Shown in pieces: positions 50,799 through 60,098 of a stretch of DNA of 64,000 nucleotides. Position 1 is the stretch's first letter. Each line of letters begins with the position of its first letter. This DNA is from an uncultured virus (IMG/VR IMGVR_UViG_3300028888_002345). Its lineage: Duplodnaviria; Heunggongvirae; Uroviricota; Caudoviricetes. The DNA lies in IMG/VR virus record IMGVR_UViG_3300028888_002345, one strand, 5' to 3'. A model generated the notes under the pieces. It made no database searches and was not told the DNA's origin. It saw nothing but the letters and a program-made list of their open reading frames with translations. Position numbers and translations under genes: made by a program.

Positions 50799-50909
50799 AT
50801 GTTTGAAAAGATTATGGATGCAGCAATTAAAAGATACGGCTTCGAAGACAAAAGAACAATCATTATCTGCACAGTGTGTGAAAAAATCGCGGACGCCCTT
50901 AAACGATAA
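50799..50909 (+). CDS. Small hypothetical protein (36 aa)
   Basis: Promoter at 50740; GAGGAG RBS. Confidence 0.55.
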   Translation: MFEKIMDAAIKRYGFEDKRTIIICTVCEKIADALKR

Positions 50910-51125
50910 GGGCGTCTTTTTGTATACTGAACCGGTCCGCGGTTAACGTACCCGGGCGCTGGGCGCCGAAAATTATACCACACCTGAGTCGCCGCTGTCA
51001 AGAACTTTTTTGCGAAGTTTTGCACAAATATTTTCTTCCCGATTTGTGACATTTGTCTATTGCATTTTGGCTACAATCTGCTATACTATAATCAAGGAAA
51101 ACAAATAAGCACAAAGGAGAATAAA

Positions 51126-51272
51126 ATGGAACCTGTATCAGAAGAATATAAAAAAGACCGCTATCAAAGCTATTTAGTAGAGATTAGAGCTGAATGGGGC
51201 GATAAAGCGAAAGTAATGACTTATGAAGAATTTTGTGAAGAATGTGACACGTTCGGGTGGGATTTTATTTAA
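51126..51272 (+). CDS. Small hypothetical protein
   Basis: AAGGAG RBS before MEPVSEEY. Confidence 0.6.
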   Translation: MEPVSEEYKKDRYQSYLVEIRAEWGDKAKVMTYEEFCEECDTFGWDFI

Positions 51273-51319
51273 AAAATAAAAAAGGGGTTGACAATCAACC
51301 TCACCTATGATAAAATAAA

Positions 51320-51520
51320 TATAGAGATGAGGGAGAAAGAGTTCCGAATCGCACAACTCACTCCAAAGTGGCAAGCAGTAAGCAAGCACTACTCCAGCCG
51401 AGTACGCAAGCAGTAAGCAAGCACCACCAAAAAGCGGTTCTCTTGATCGGGTAGTAGAGTTTTGAAGCATACCTCACTACAAAGTGGCAAGCAGTGAAAA
51501 ACAAGCACCACCAAAAAACT
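51320..51520 (+). ncRNA. Candidate repeat-containing small RNA
   Basis: Promoter at 51288; no credible ORF; three GCAAGCAGT..CAAGCAC units. Confidence 0.4.
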
Positions 51521-51599
51521 TCAAAAAATTAAAAAAATGCTTGACAAATAGTCCGGCTTATGATAAGATATAATCAGAAAAGGAAAGGAGATAACAAAA

Positions 51600-51848
51600 A
51601 TGTTCAAAATGGATTATCTTACAGCTTTAAGGGTCATTGAAGTAACTGAAAAAAAGCTTGCCGAAGATGAAAAATGGCTTCCCCGCTTATATAGCGAAAA
51701 AATGATTGCTCAAACTAAAATTGGAATTGAGTTAAACAAAAAGACCATTGAAAGCTTAAAAGCACGGCTTCCACAGCTGAAAGAAGAATACAAAAAAGCT
51801 GAAATCGCAAGGTTGACCGCAGAAATCGAAAGAATCAAAAATCTTTAA
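51600..51848 (+). CDS. Hypothetical coiled-coil protein
   Basis: Promoter at 51541; RBS. Confidence 0.7.
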   Translation: MFKMDYLTALRVIEVTEKKLAEDEKWLPRLYSEKMIAQTKIGIELNKKTIESLKARLPQLKEEYKKAEIARLTAEIERIKNL

Positions 51849-51924
51849 AAAAAATGAAAATAGGGCTTGACAAAAGCCAAGCCCTATGCTAAAATAAATA
51901 CATAAAGAGAGAGGAGATAAAACA

Positions 51925-52176
51925 ATGCTTTATAGAATTGACAGAGAATTTGATGAATACAAGGGCGCAGGAGAGTATGAGACAAAAAAATATTATCAGT
52001 ATGTATGTGGTTTGCGGAATGTCGGCAAGGCTTGCCTTGATGCCGATGAGATTGACAGGGTTGTAAGAGTTATTCGCTTAAGCTTTAGTTTTAAAGGCTT
52101 AATTGTATGTCTAAAAAAAACTTGCTCTTCTCAATATAATCAAACATCAAAATCAAAAAAGTGCTTGACAGACTAA
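51925..52176 (+). CDS. Hypothetical protein
   Basis: Promoter at 51867; RBS. Confidence 0.6.
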   Translation: MLYRIDREFDEYKGAGEYETKKYYQYVCGLRNVGKACLDADEIDRVVRVIRLSFSFKGLIVCLKKTCSSQYNQTSKSKKCLTD

Positions 52177-52228
52177 AACAAATATGATAAGATATAAGCA
52201 GAAAAGGAAAGGAAAGGTAATAACAATA

Positions 52229-52372
52229 ATGACTAAAAAACAATTTATATTAAATATCGTCTTTTTTCTGCCTCTTTTAATTTTAAATTTTTTTGCATAC
52301 GGAATTGAAGGCGATATTAGACTTATAAAAATGTTGCAAAAATATTCAAAAAAGTACTTGACACACTCCTAA
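52229..52372 (+). CDS. Small membrane protein
   Basis: Promoter at 52165; hydrophobic segment. Confidence 0.5.
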   Translation: MTKKQFILNIVFFLPLLILNFFAYGIEGDIRLIKMLQKYSKKYLTHS

Positions 52373-52389
52373 AAAGGTGTTATAATAAA

Positions 52390-52608
52390 GTCAAGAAATG
52401 GGAGAGGTAAGGCAACCTGAGAAGAAGGGAAGGCGCATAGTTGCCGCAGTAAGACCAAGCCGACAAAGAATCCCGACCGCATGGAGCCGAGCGATGCGGT
52501 ATATAAGTGTGAACCAAGCCGAACAGGCAACCAGCGGACACCATGCCGCAGTCCTTGGAAATGGGGTCGCTCAGCAGGACACTAAGAGAGCTATAGGCTC
52601 TCTTTTTT
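52390..52608 (+). ncRNA. Candidate GC-richer small RNA
   Basis: Bounded by TTGACA/TATAAT (52358/52381) and the terminator AAGAGAGC-tatag-GCTCTCTT-T4. Confidence 0.4.
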
Positions 52609-52799
52609 ATTGGCGGCGCGCGCACGTTCCTTGCGCGCCGAAAATTCCATTATACCACCTGGTTGGAGTTTTGTCAAGAGAAAAATTGCACAAATTTTAA
52701 ACTTTTTAACTCCCGAAATTTGTGCAATATTCCGGTATTGCATTTCCCTTCCGGATGCGCTATACTGTAGTTACAGAAAAGGAAAGGGGAACACCAAAA

Positions 52800-53258
52800 A
52801 TGACTAATACAGCACTCTATAGCAACCTAATTGACCGCTACAATGCAATTAGCTTCACACATGACTATATCTTTGGCTTCACCTATAAAGGCAATGTATA
52901 TGCTTGCAAGACTACTTCGAAAGTTCTTCCGTATATCCTTACTCTTGACAAAGCAAGCCGTGGGGCTGGATATGCAATCCGTTTCAAGCCGAACACCGCT
53001 CAGAAGCTGTTTCTTCTCAAGGATTCCGAAGTAATATGCTCCGTTAAATTCTTTGACGAAATGGTCGCTGAAAGCAAGTATAATCGCGGTGAAATCTTTG
53101 AAAAGATTATCACTGAAAAAGGCGGTCAGGCTTGGGAAAAAGATAATCTCAAATTTACAGAAGCTCCCGATGCAATCATTGACGGTATAGGCTATCAAAT
53201 TAAATTTGAAAAAGCCACCTTTACAAATGAAAAAAGTTTGGCAAGTCTTGAAAAATAA
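52800..53258 (+). CDS. Hypothetical protein, possible PD-(D/E)XK fold
   Basis: RBS before MTNTALY; GEIFEK...PD....YQIK. Confidence 0.55.
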   Translation: MTNTALYSNLIDRYNAISFTHDYIFGFTYKGNVYACKTTSKVLPYILTLDKASRGAGYAIRFKPNTAQKLFLLKDSEVICSVKFFDEMVAESKYNRGEIFEKIITEKGGQAWEKDNLKFTEAPDAIIDGIGYQIKFEKATFTNEKSLASLEK

Positions 53259-53338
53259 GGCTTGCCGGACAAAAAAAGGCTTGACAAATAAATAATTCTT
53301 TGATATACTGTATATAGAAAAAGAAAGGAGATACAAAA

Positions 53339-53788
53339 ATGATGAAAATGCTTGTTTTCGATATGGATGGTACAATCGCTAATCTTTATGGTGTTGATGG
53401 ATGGTTGGAAGACCTTAGGGCAGAAAATACAAGACCTTATGACGAAGCAGAACCGCTGTATAATATGATTGAACTGGTAGAACTTCTTAATAAGCTTCGT
53501 TCCCTTGGTTGGTTAATTTGTGTAACAACTTGGCTTGCTAAAGATGCTACAAAAGAATATAACAAAGCTGTTACAGAAGCAAAAAAGGCTTGGCTTGCAA
53601 AATATGATTTTCCGTATGATGAAATTCATTGTGTAAAATACGGAACAACAAAAGCAAATTGCACACGCAAGAAAGGCGGTTTTCAAATTCTTATTGATGA
53701 TAATAAAAAAGTCCGTGATGGTTGGACGCTTGGAACTACAGTAAATGCAGAATATGATATTACAAAATTTTTGAAGGCTCTTGTTTGA
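53339..53788 (+). CDS. HAD-superfamily hydrolase (5'-nucleotidase-like)
   Basis: FDMDGTIA motif I; T motif II; K...LIDD motifs III/IV. Confidence 0.8.
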   Translation: MMKMLVFDMDGTIANLYGVDGWLEDLRAENTRPYDEAEPLYNMIELVELLNKLRSLGWLICVTTWLAKDATKEYNKAVTEAKKAWLAKYDFPYDEIHCVKYGTTKANCTRKKGGFQILIDDNKKVRDGWTLGTTVNAEYDITKFLKALV

Positions 53789-53875
53789 GAGCCTTCCGGA
53801 CCGAAAAATTTTTAAAAAAGGTATTGACAAATAAAAACTTATAGTGTATACTATTAAACATAGGAGGGAAAACAA

Positions 53876-54562
53876 ATGAGCAAAAATTATTATCTTGGAA
53901 TTGACACTGAAACCGCTAATAGCTATCTTAATGAAGATGGAAAACTGGAATTAAAAGATTCTCTTTGCTATGACATTGGATGGGCAATTATTGACAAAAA
54001 AGGAAAAGTGTATAAAACTCGTTCTTTTGTAGTCGCAGAAATTTTTCTTGATAAAGAACTTATGTTAAGTGCTTACTTTGCTGATAAAATTCCGCAGTAT
54101 TGGGAAGATATTAAAACAGGAAAGCGGAAACTTAAAACATTAAAAAATATCCATTGGGTATTTAAACAGGATTGTAAAAAATACGCCCCTAAAGCAATTT
54201 TTGCACATAACGCCTTTTTTGACTATAACGCTTTAAATAATACCCTTAGACTGTTAACTGGTTCAAAATTCAGATATTTTTATCCGTATGGAATTGAACT
54301 GTGGGATACATTGAAAATGTCAAGGGATGCAATAGGAAAAACAGAAAAATATTCTGAATATTGCAAAAAAAACGGCTATCTTACCGCACATAAAAATCCG
54401 CAAAACAGACTTACCGCAGAAATTCTTTGGAGATATATTTCTAATAACCCCGATTTTGAAGAAAGTCACACTGGCTTAGAAGATGTAGAAATTGAAAAAG
54501 AAATTTTTGTAAAATGCCTTAAAAAGAAAAATGTAAAAAGGTTACTGTTTAACAAGCAGTAA
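53876..54562 (+). CDS. DEDDh 3'-5' exonuclease (DnaQ-like)
   Basis: IDTET, AHNAFFD and HTGLED motifs. Confidence 0.85.
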   Translation: MSKNYYLGIDTETANSYLNEDGKLELKDSLCYDIGWAIIDKKGKVYKTRSFVVAEIFLDKELMLSAYFADKIPQYWEDIKTGKRKLKTLKNIHWVFKQDCKKYAPKAIFAHNAFFDYNALNNTLRLLTGSKFRYFYPYGIELWDTLKMSRDAIGKTEKYSEYCKKNGYLTAHKNPQNRLTAEILWRYISNNPDFEESHTGLEDVEIEKEIFVKCLKKKNVKRLLFNKQ

Positions 54563-54650
54563 CCTCGGCCCGGGCAAAAAATTTTTTCAAAAAAGTATTG
54601 ACAATACCCCTAAAAAGTGTTATAGTATAGTTACAAGGAGGGAAGAAAAA

Positions 54651-55016
54651 ATGACAAAAGCAGAAGAAATTAAAAATTACATGAAAAACCTTGGTATCTC
54701 AAAAGAAGAAGCAGAACAGCTTTGGGAAGATGACCATAATGATGTAGTTACTCCCGAAATGGCAGAGATGGAAAAGAAAGCAAAGCAGATTAAAAGATAC
54801 GAAAAATCTGATAATAAAAGAAAGGCTTCCACAAAAGAAAGAAAAGTAGATGAAGAAAAGAAAGCTTTCCTTAATGGCTTTAGAATCTTTGCAGAGGGTA
54901 AAGGTGGAAAAGTTACTGCAATTAAAAATGAAGCAGAATTCTCTTTTACCTACGGTGAAAATTCCTATACTGTAAAACTCGTCAAGCATCGCCCCGAAAA
55001 GAAAGGAGAAAAATAA
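54651..55016 (+). CDS. Hypothetical protein (paralog of 58157-58567)
   Basis: Promoter at 54598; RBS. Confidence 0.7.
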   Translation: MTKAEEIKNYMKNLGISKEEAEQLWEDDHNDVVTPEMAEMEKKAKQIKRYEKSDNKRKASTKERKVDEEKKAFLNGFRIFAEGKGGKVTAIKNEAEFSFTYGENSYTVKLVKHRPEKKGEK

Positions 55017-55017
55017 A

Positions 55018-55269
55018 ATGAAAAAGTTTTTTAGAATTGAAGAGGGTTATAAATTTGAGTGGAATGACCTTAGATGTTTTATTACCGTTGTAAATGTAAT
55101 TCTTATTATGATTTACGGGTTGTCAATTTCTTGGTTTGGTCTTGCTGTCGCTGTAATAGGAATAATTAAAGATATTAAAACAGATAGAAGGGTAAATGGT
55201 CTTCTGATGCATATTGCAAATGCAAGTTTGAATATTTACTTTTTGCTGAGTTATTACAAAATTATTTAA
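55018..55269 (+). CDS. Small membrane protein
   Basis: Two to three hydrophobic segments. Confidence 0.65.
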   Translation: MKKFFRIEEGYKFEWNDLRCFITVVNVILIMIYGLSISWFGLAVAVIGIIKDIKTDRRVNGLLMHIANASLNIYFLLSYYKII

Positions 55270-55866
55270 CCGCGGGCGCCCTTAATTTTTAAGGGCGTGC
55301 CCTTGGCCCGGCCGCATAAAAAAATTTTTCAAAAAACCCTTGACAAACCCAGCTTTTTGTGGCGGCCCGCGTTCCTCCGGCGCGGGCTGATTTTTCATTA
55401 TACCACACACGCCGCAATTTTGTCAAGAGAAATTTTGTACAAATTTTTTAATTAAAAATCCCGATATTTTGTGCAATATTGCCTATTGCTTTTTAAAGAA
55501 TCTTTTGTTATAATAATAAATGTCAAGAGGGAACGGTAGCCTACACCGAAAAGATAACAGTAGGTCGGGTTGCTGAAAAAAATAAAAAAAATTCTTGACA
55601 AATAAAAAACCTTATGTTATAATAAATACATAAGATAAAGAAAGGGGAAACAAAAATGATGCGATGTAGGAAAAAAGCGCTTAGGGAAGGGTGGGCGCTA
55701 TGACATAAAACCATCCCTCTTGAGGGGTAGCGCAAGGCGCCTGCGTCCCTCTCGTATGGCAAAAATAAAAAAAATAAAAAAAACTATTGACAACCTTTTA
55801 AAAATTTGATATAATAAATACATAAAGAAAAACAAACACACTTACAAAAGAAAGGAAGTATGTACT

Positions 55867-56205
55867 ATGACTAAGAAAGAAAACTTCAACGCAATCGCAA
55901 CTATCCTCAACGAAATGGGCAATCATGACTTTGATGAGTTTATCGCTCATGAGGTCGAGCTTCTGAATAAGAAGCGCACTGGTAGCAAGACGCCGACCAA
56001 GCGTCAGAAAGAGAATGAAATTCTCAAAGAACACATTCTCGGGGTTCTGTCCGATGAGGGCATGACGGTAACTGAAATCATGACCACTCTCAACGAAGAT
56101 GGTCTTACCAATCAGAGGGTGAGTGCCAACCTTAAACAGATGGTTGACAACGGCACTGTTAACAAGGCTGTTGTAAAGGGTAAGTCGCTGTTTACCCTTG
56201 CATGA
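55867..56205 (+). CDS. Winged-helix DNA-binding protein (paralog of 57487-57825)
   Basis: MTVTEIM...TNQRVSANLKQMVDNGTV..wing. Confidence 0.7.
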   Translation: MTKKENFNAIATILNEMGNHDFDEFIAHEVELLNKKRTGSKTPTKRQKENEILKEHILGVLSDEGMTVTEIMTTLNEDGLTNQRVSANLKQMVDNGTVNKAVVKGKSLFTLA

Positions 56206-56249
56206 CTTCCCTTGCACGCTTCCTAAATAGCGTACCACGCAAGGCTTTA

Positions 56250-56274
56250 GGGGACTGGAAACAGTCCCTTTTTT
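56250..56274 (+). terminator. Rho-independent terminator
   Basis: GGGACTG-gaaa-CAGTCCC followed by T6. Confidence 0.75.
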
Positions 56275-56520
56275 ATTATACGTTTTGTTAAAAAATTAAC
56301 AAGCTGGACCGGCGCGCATTGTTAAAAAAATCACAGTCTGAAGTTTTAAAAACATAGATGTCTATCCTAATAAATTTACTGAAATTTAAGATGTGTTTTC
56401 ATTCACTGAACATTTTATCGTTTAAAAGAAAAAATCTTAAAAATTTTAGTAAATTCTGCTTGACAGCTTTTACTTACTTGTGGTATAATTATCTCATCAA
56501 TAGAGAGGAGATAAAATAAG

Positions 56521-57087
56521 ATGAATCCTTATGTATTTAAAAGTGATGTTCCCCATGAAAAAAGACTACAGGTTGTTTATCTTGGACTTAAAGAAAAACT
56601 TCCGCCTAAGAAAATCAGTAGTTATGTAAATTATGCCGTTTCTACAATAAGAACTTATTTACATAAATTTAAAGAACTTCTTTCGGAAGCTATTGAATTT
56701 TTTAAACCTAATGTTGAAATTATTTCAAAAGTAAAAGATATTCCAAATGCTGATAAATGTTATTGTTTTAAATTTTATGGCTGTGATGATGAAATTCTTT
56801 TCACTAAAATTGGGACAACGGTAAGAGCCACTAATAAAAGGTTAAAAGAAGAAATCAAGTCTTACACAAAAGCAGGTTTTACTATTGCTAAAGTAGTCAT
56901 TGAAAGTATTATTGATTGTGGGTCAATTCCATCAGAAGGAGCAGAAAGTTTTACAAGAGCAATATTTATTCAAAAGTATCCTAACACTTTTAAAAAGAAT
57001 GATAGGTTTATGGGAGTAGATATTCCTGTAGAAATTTTTAATAAAACTGTTGAAACTTACTTTAAAACTGCGGGAGCCCTTAATTAA
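56521..57087 (+). CDS. HTH plus GIY-YIG / T5orf172-like protein
   Basis: N-terminal KKISSYVNYAVSTIRTY; CY.F....KIGTT...KRLKE. Confidence 0.5.
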   Translation: MNPYVFKSDVPHEKRLQVVYLGLKEKLPPKKISSYVNYAVSTIRTYLHKFKELLSEAIEFFKPNVEIISKVKDIPNADKCYCFKFYGCDDEILFTKIGTTVRATNKRLKEEIKSYTKAGFTIAKVVIESIIDCGSIPSEGAESFTRAIFIQKYPNTFKKNDRFMGVDIPVEIFNKTVETYFKTAGALN

Positions 57088-57486
57088 CAAGGGCACCCGT
57101 TTAGTCCGGCCGCGATTGTTAAACTTTTATCAAAGATTGTACTTAAATAAGAACTTGCTTTCTTTAAAAATTTTTGATATAATTATTATGTCGAAAGGGA
57201 AAAGGAAAGTTAAAGCTTCAAAAAAACTTTCAAAAAAAAATTAAAAACCTATTGACAAACAAAAAAACTTATGTTATAATAAATACATAAGATAAATAAA
57301 GAAAGCGGTTATAAAGTAGTGAGAAAACCTACCTAGTGCGCACAAGGCAAACTCATTCAACCAATTTCACGGAGTTTAAAATCTCCAAAAAAATTTAAAA
57401 AAACTCTTGACAACTTAATAAAGAAATGCTATAATAAACATGTAAAGAAAAACAAAACACTTTAAAAAAGAAAGAGGTAATGTACT

Positions 57487-57825
57487 ATGGCTATGACTTA
57501 TGTTGATGCTCTCACTGTTGCTATTAACGCTGTTGATTCTGAAACTGCTGAAAAGCTTACGGCTCTTAAGGCTCAGCTGATGAAGAAAAAGGGTTCTTCC
57601 AAGCCGACTAAAACTCAGGTTGCTAACGAAGCAACTAAAGCGGAAATCCGCGAGGTTCTCGGTTCTGCTGATGAACCGATGACTGTTTCGGAAATCCTTA
57701 AGGCTCTTCCGAATGACTACTCTTCGCAGAAAATTTCTGCTCTGCTTCGGCAGATGGGTGAAGATGGAACGAAAGAGGTCGTAAAGACCATTGAGAAGAA
57801 AGTTTCTCGTTTCGCTCTCGCGTGA
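57487..57825 (+). CDS. Winged-helix DNA-binding protein
   Basis: KPTKTQ..NE...MTVSEIL...SSQKISALLRQM. Confidence 0.7.
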   Translation: MAMTYVDALTVAINAVDSETAEKLTALKAQLMKKKGSSKPTKTQVANEATKAEIREVLGSADEPMTVSEILKALPNDYSSQKISALLRQMGEDGTKEVVKTIEKKVSRFALA

Positions 57826-57875
57826 GCCTAAAAGGTTTTGGCGGTTTTAGTCCTTAAAAACCGCCTGCGGTTTCT

Positions 57876-57947
57876 GCGTCTGTCGCCTAAAGGTATGGCA
57901 CACGACTTTTAATCGTGACTATGTGGGTTCGATTCCCACCAGACGCA
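57876..57947 (+). tRNA. tRNA-Lys(UUU), CCA not encoded
   Basis: Acceptor stem GCGTCTG/CAGACGC; D stem GCC/GGC; anticodon stem CACGA/TCGTG with loop CT-TTT-AA; T arm GTGGG-TTCGATT-CCCAC. Confidence 0.9.
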
Positions 57948-58156
57948 TTTTTTATCTAAAATTTGTTTTCTTCTCCTTTCCTTGGTGTTGGGCTAGACAA
58001 TCGTCTAGCCCTTTTCGTTTGTCCTTATTGTTAAAAGTTTAACAAGCCGCTCCGGGTCACATTGTTAAAAAAACTACTTTCAAAATCCCTATTGACATTT
58101 TAAAAAATTTTTGTTATACTTTAATTACAAAAGATAAAAGAAAGGAGAAACCCGAG

Positions 58157-58567
58157 ATGAAATATAAAGGTTACGAAATCCCCAATAAAGAGATTGATAA
58201 AATGATGGATACTCTTGATATTTCTCTTGAAGAAGCTTGCGAGGTTTATCTTTTTGACCATGACTTAATAGAGAATAAGGAAGTTGAAGAAATAACTAAA
58301 AAAGCTACAAAAAATCGTATTACTTCTACGATTCATGGTGCAAAAGGTGAAAAAAAGGAAAGAAAACCAAGAGAAAAGAAAGAAAATACACTGAAAAAAC
58401 AGATTATTTCTCATATTTTTGATAGTTTTTTCTACGATAATGTAAGAGAAAGTTATCCAAATCTTGAAATTTCTATCAGAAATGATGAAAAATACATTGA
58501 TTTAATCATTGATAACAGAGAATTTACAATAAATCTTGTAGAACATCGTAAAAAGAAAGGGGAATAA
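58157..58567 (+). CDS. Hypothetical protein (paralog of 54651-55016)
   Basis: Promoter at 58092; RBS. Confidence 0.7.
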   Translation: MKYKGYEIPNKEIDKMMDTLDISLEEACEVYLFDHDLIENKEVEEITKKATKNRITSTIHGAKGEKKERKPREKKENTLKKQIISHIFDSFFYDNVRESYPNLEISIRNDEKYIDLIIDNREFTINLVEHRKKKGE

Positions 58568-58569
58568 TT

Positions 58570-58881
58570 ATGACATTCGAACCTAAAATTAGCGGTACAA
58601 AAGTAGAAGGATTTTCTATCACTCCTATTTTTGCAGAACAAATTGTTCTTTTATCTGATGCTCAAAAGGTAATCAAAAGACAGGAAACAATGAATTGTCT
58701 TCTTGATAACTTTCGTTTTACTAAATGTAACGAAAATTATCCTAATGAATGGTATGCCATTCTTGATTTTGATACTATTTTTAAATTATCTGTACTGGAA
58801 AACTATCCCGAATATGAAAAAGAATTTATTGATTATTTTGGAAAAAGCTGGTTCAAACAGTACATTAGATTCAATCATTAA
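58570..58881 (+). CDS. Hypothetical protein
   Basis: RBS; translationally coupled to the upstream gene. Confidence 0.65.
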   Translation: MTFEPKISGTKVEGFSITPIFAEQIVLLSDAQKVIKRQETMNCLLDNFRFTKCNENYPNEWYAILDFDTIFKLSVLENYPEYEKEFIDYFGKSWFKQYIRFNH

Positions 58882-59110
58882 AACTGCGGGTGGTGGTCTA
58901 ATCTTCACCGCCCTATTCTTTTTTTTCTTTGATTTTTTAAAAGAGAGGTTAAGAAAAACATCTTAAAAAATAAGCATAATTGCTTGTTATTTTCTTAACA
59001 ATCTGCCCGGGCGAACTTCTCATCATTTTTTTAAAAAATTTTAATTTTTTGCTTGACACAAGATATTTTATTTGCTATAATTTACTTATCAAAAGAAAGG
59101 AGAAAAGAAA

Positions 59111-59302
59111 ATGAAAACAAACAAAGGACACATTCACTGCCCAGCTAATGCATGGGATTGCCCCTATTTTGATGCTAATGGATGTTGCATGATGTATCCC
59201 GATGCAGACCCAAAAGAAGAATGTGATGATTTCTATTTCTTCTGGGATGAAGATGATGATTACATTTGTTACAATAACCACGAAGGAGAAGAAAATGATT
59301 AA
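59111..59302 (+). CDS. Acidic Cys-rich small protein
   Basis: Promoter at 59053; RBS. Confidence 0.65.
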   Translation: MKTNKGHIHCPANAWDCPYFDANGCCMMYPDADPKEECDDFYFFWDEDDDYICYNNHEGEEND

Positions 59303-59546
59303 GGACTGGAATAGAAGCGAAGTAATGACACTTAAAGATGTTTTTCATTTTAAAAATTCTTTAAGACCTTTTGTTACTGTAGATACTAATAGTGGAATTA
59401 TTGGAGAACTTTTTATTGACATTAATGAAGGAGTAGCTTATAATTTAGATGAATTAGAATACGAAGGGCTTGAATTCTATTCAAAAGAAGAAGATAAAGA
59501 TTTTAAGGGTGTTGAAATAGACGGAACTATTAAAGAATGGTTTTAA
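59295..59546 (+). CDS. Hypothetical protein
   Basis: AAGGAG RBS before MIKDWN. Confidence 0.6.
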   Translation: MIKDWNRSEVMTLKDVFHFKNSLRPFVTVDTNSGIIGELFIDINEGVAYNLDELEYEGLEFYSKEEDKDFKGVEIDGTIKEWF

Positions 59547-59687
59547 CTGCGGGTACAGGTCTAACGGGGATTAGATTAGTCTAATCTCCTTTGACCGGGC
59601 CGCCGCGTTAAATAAATAACTTTTAAAAAACTCTTGACAACTCTTTTTCTATCTGATATAATTAAACCATCGAAAGGAGATAAAGAA

Positions 59688-59861
59688 ATGACACACATTG
59701 AACTTATTAAAGCAATCAAATCAAATTTTCAAAAAGAATTTAAAGAAAATCCTACTACTTCTGAGCAGGTAAATGCTTTCCGAAGAGGTGTAATTTACGC
59801 TTATGATTATCTTATTGTTGTTTTAAAAAATGATGATTCATGGATTTACGAAAGGAGATAA
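59688..59861 (+). CDS. Hypothetical protein
   Basis: Promoter at 59634; RBS before MTHIEL. Confidence 0.6.
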   Translation: MTHIELIKAIKSNFQKEFKENPTTSEQVNAFRRGVIYAYDYLIVVLKNDDSWIYERR

Positions 59862-59866
59862 TTAAA

Positions 59867-60097
59867 ATGACAGTAGGACAAATTATGGTAGAAGTTAGAA
59901 AACTTAATGATGAAGAACTTAAAAATCTTGAAGATAATATTCATGACCTTAAAAAAGACCGTGAAAATACCAAAAGAGAAAAAGCAGTAAATGAGCTTAG
60001 GAAAGCATGGGATATGGCGGTTTCTCTCGGAGTTGCAATTTATGATAATGATGGTTATCAAATTGTAAATTTTGAAGACTTAGACTATCAGTTTTAA
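59867..60097 (+). CDS. Hypothetical protein
   Basis: RBS before MTVGQ; followed by a terminator. Confidence 0.65.
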   Translation: MTVGQIMVEVRKLNDEELKNLEDNIHDLKKDRENTKREKAVNELRKAWDMAVSLGVAIYDNDGYQIVNFEDLDYQF

Positions 60098-60098
60098 A

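Noticed and set aside
46995..51520. CRISPR array (palindrome cluster or GCAAGCAG repeats)
   Set aside because: Irregular spacing, no unique spacers of constant length and no cas genes
57876..57947. Amber-suppressor tRNA
   Set aside because: The anticodon is TTT (Lys). No CUA tRNA, synthetase or release factor was recognised in this window
44815..60061. Minus-strand track ORFs in the early region (e.g. 50141, 52827, 55798)
   Set aside because: Antisense shadows of promoter- and RBS-supported plus-strand genes
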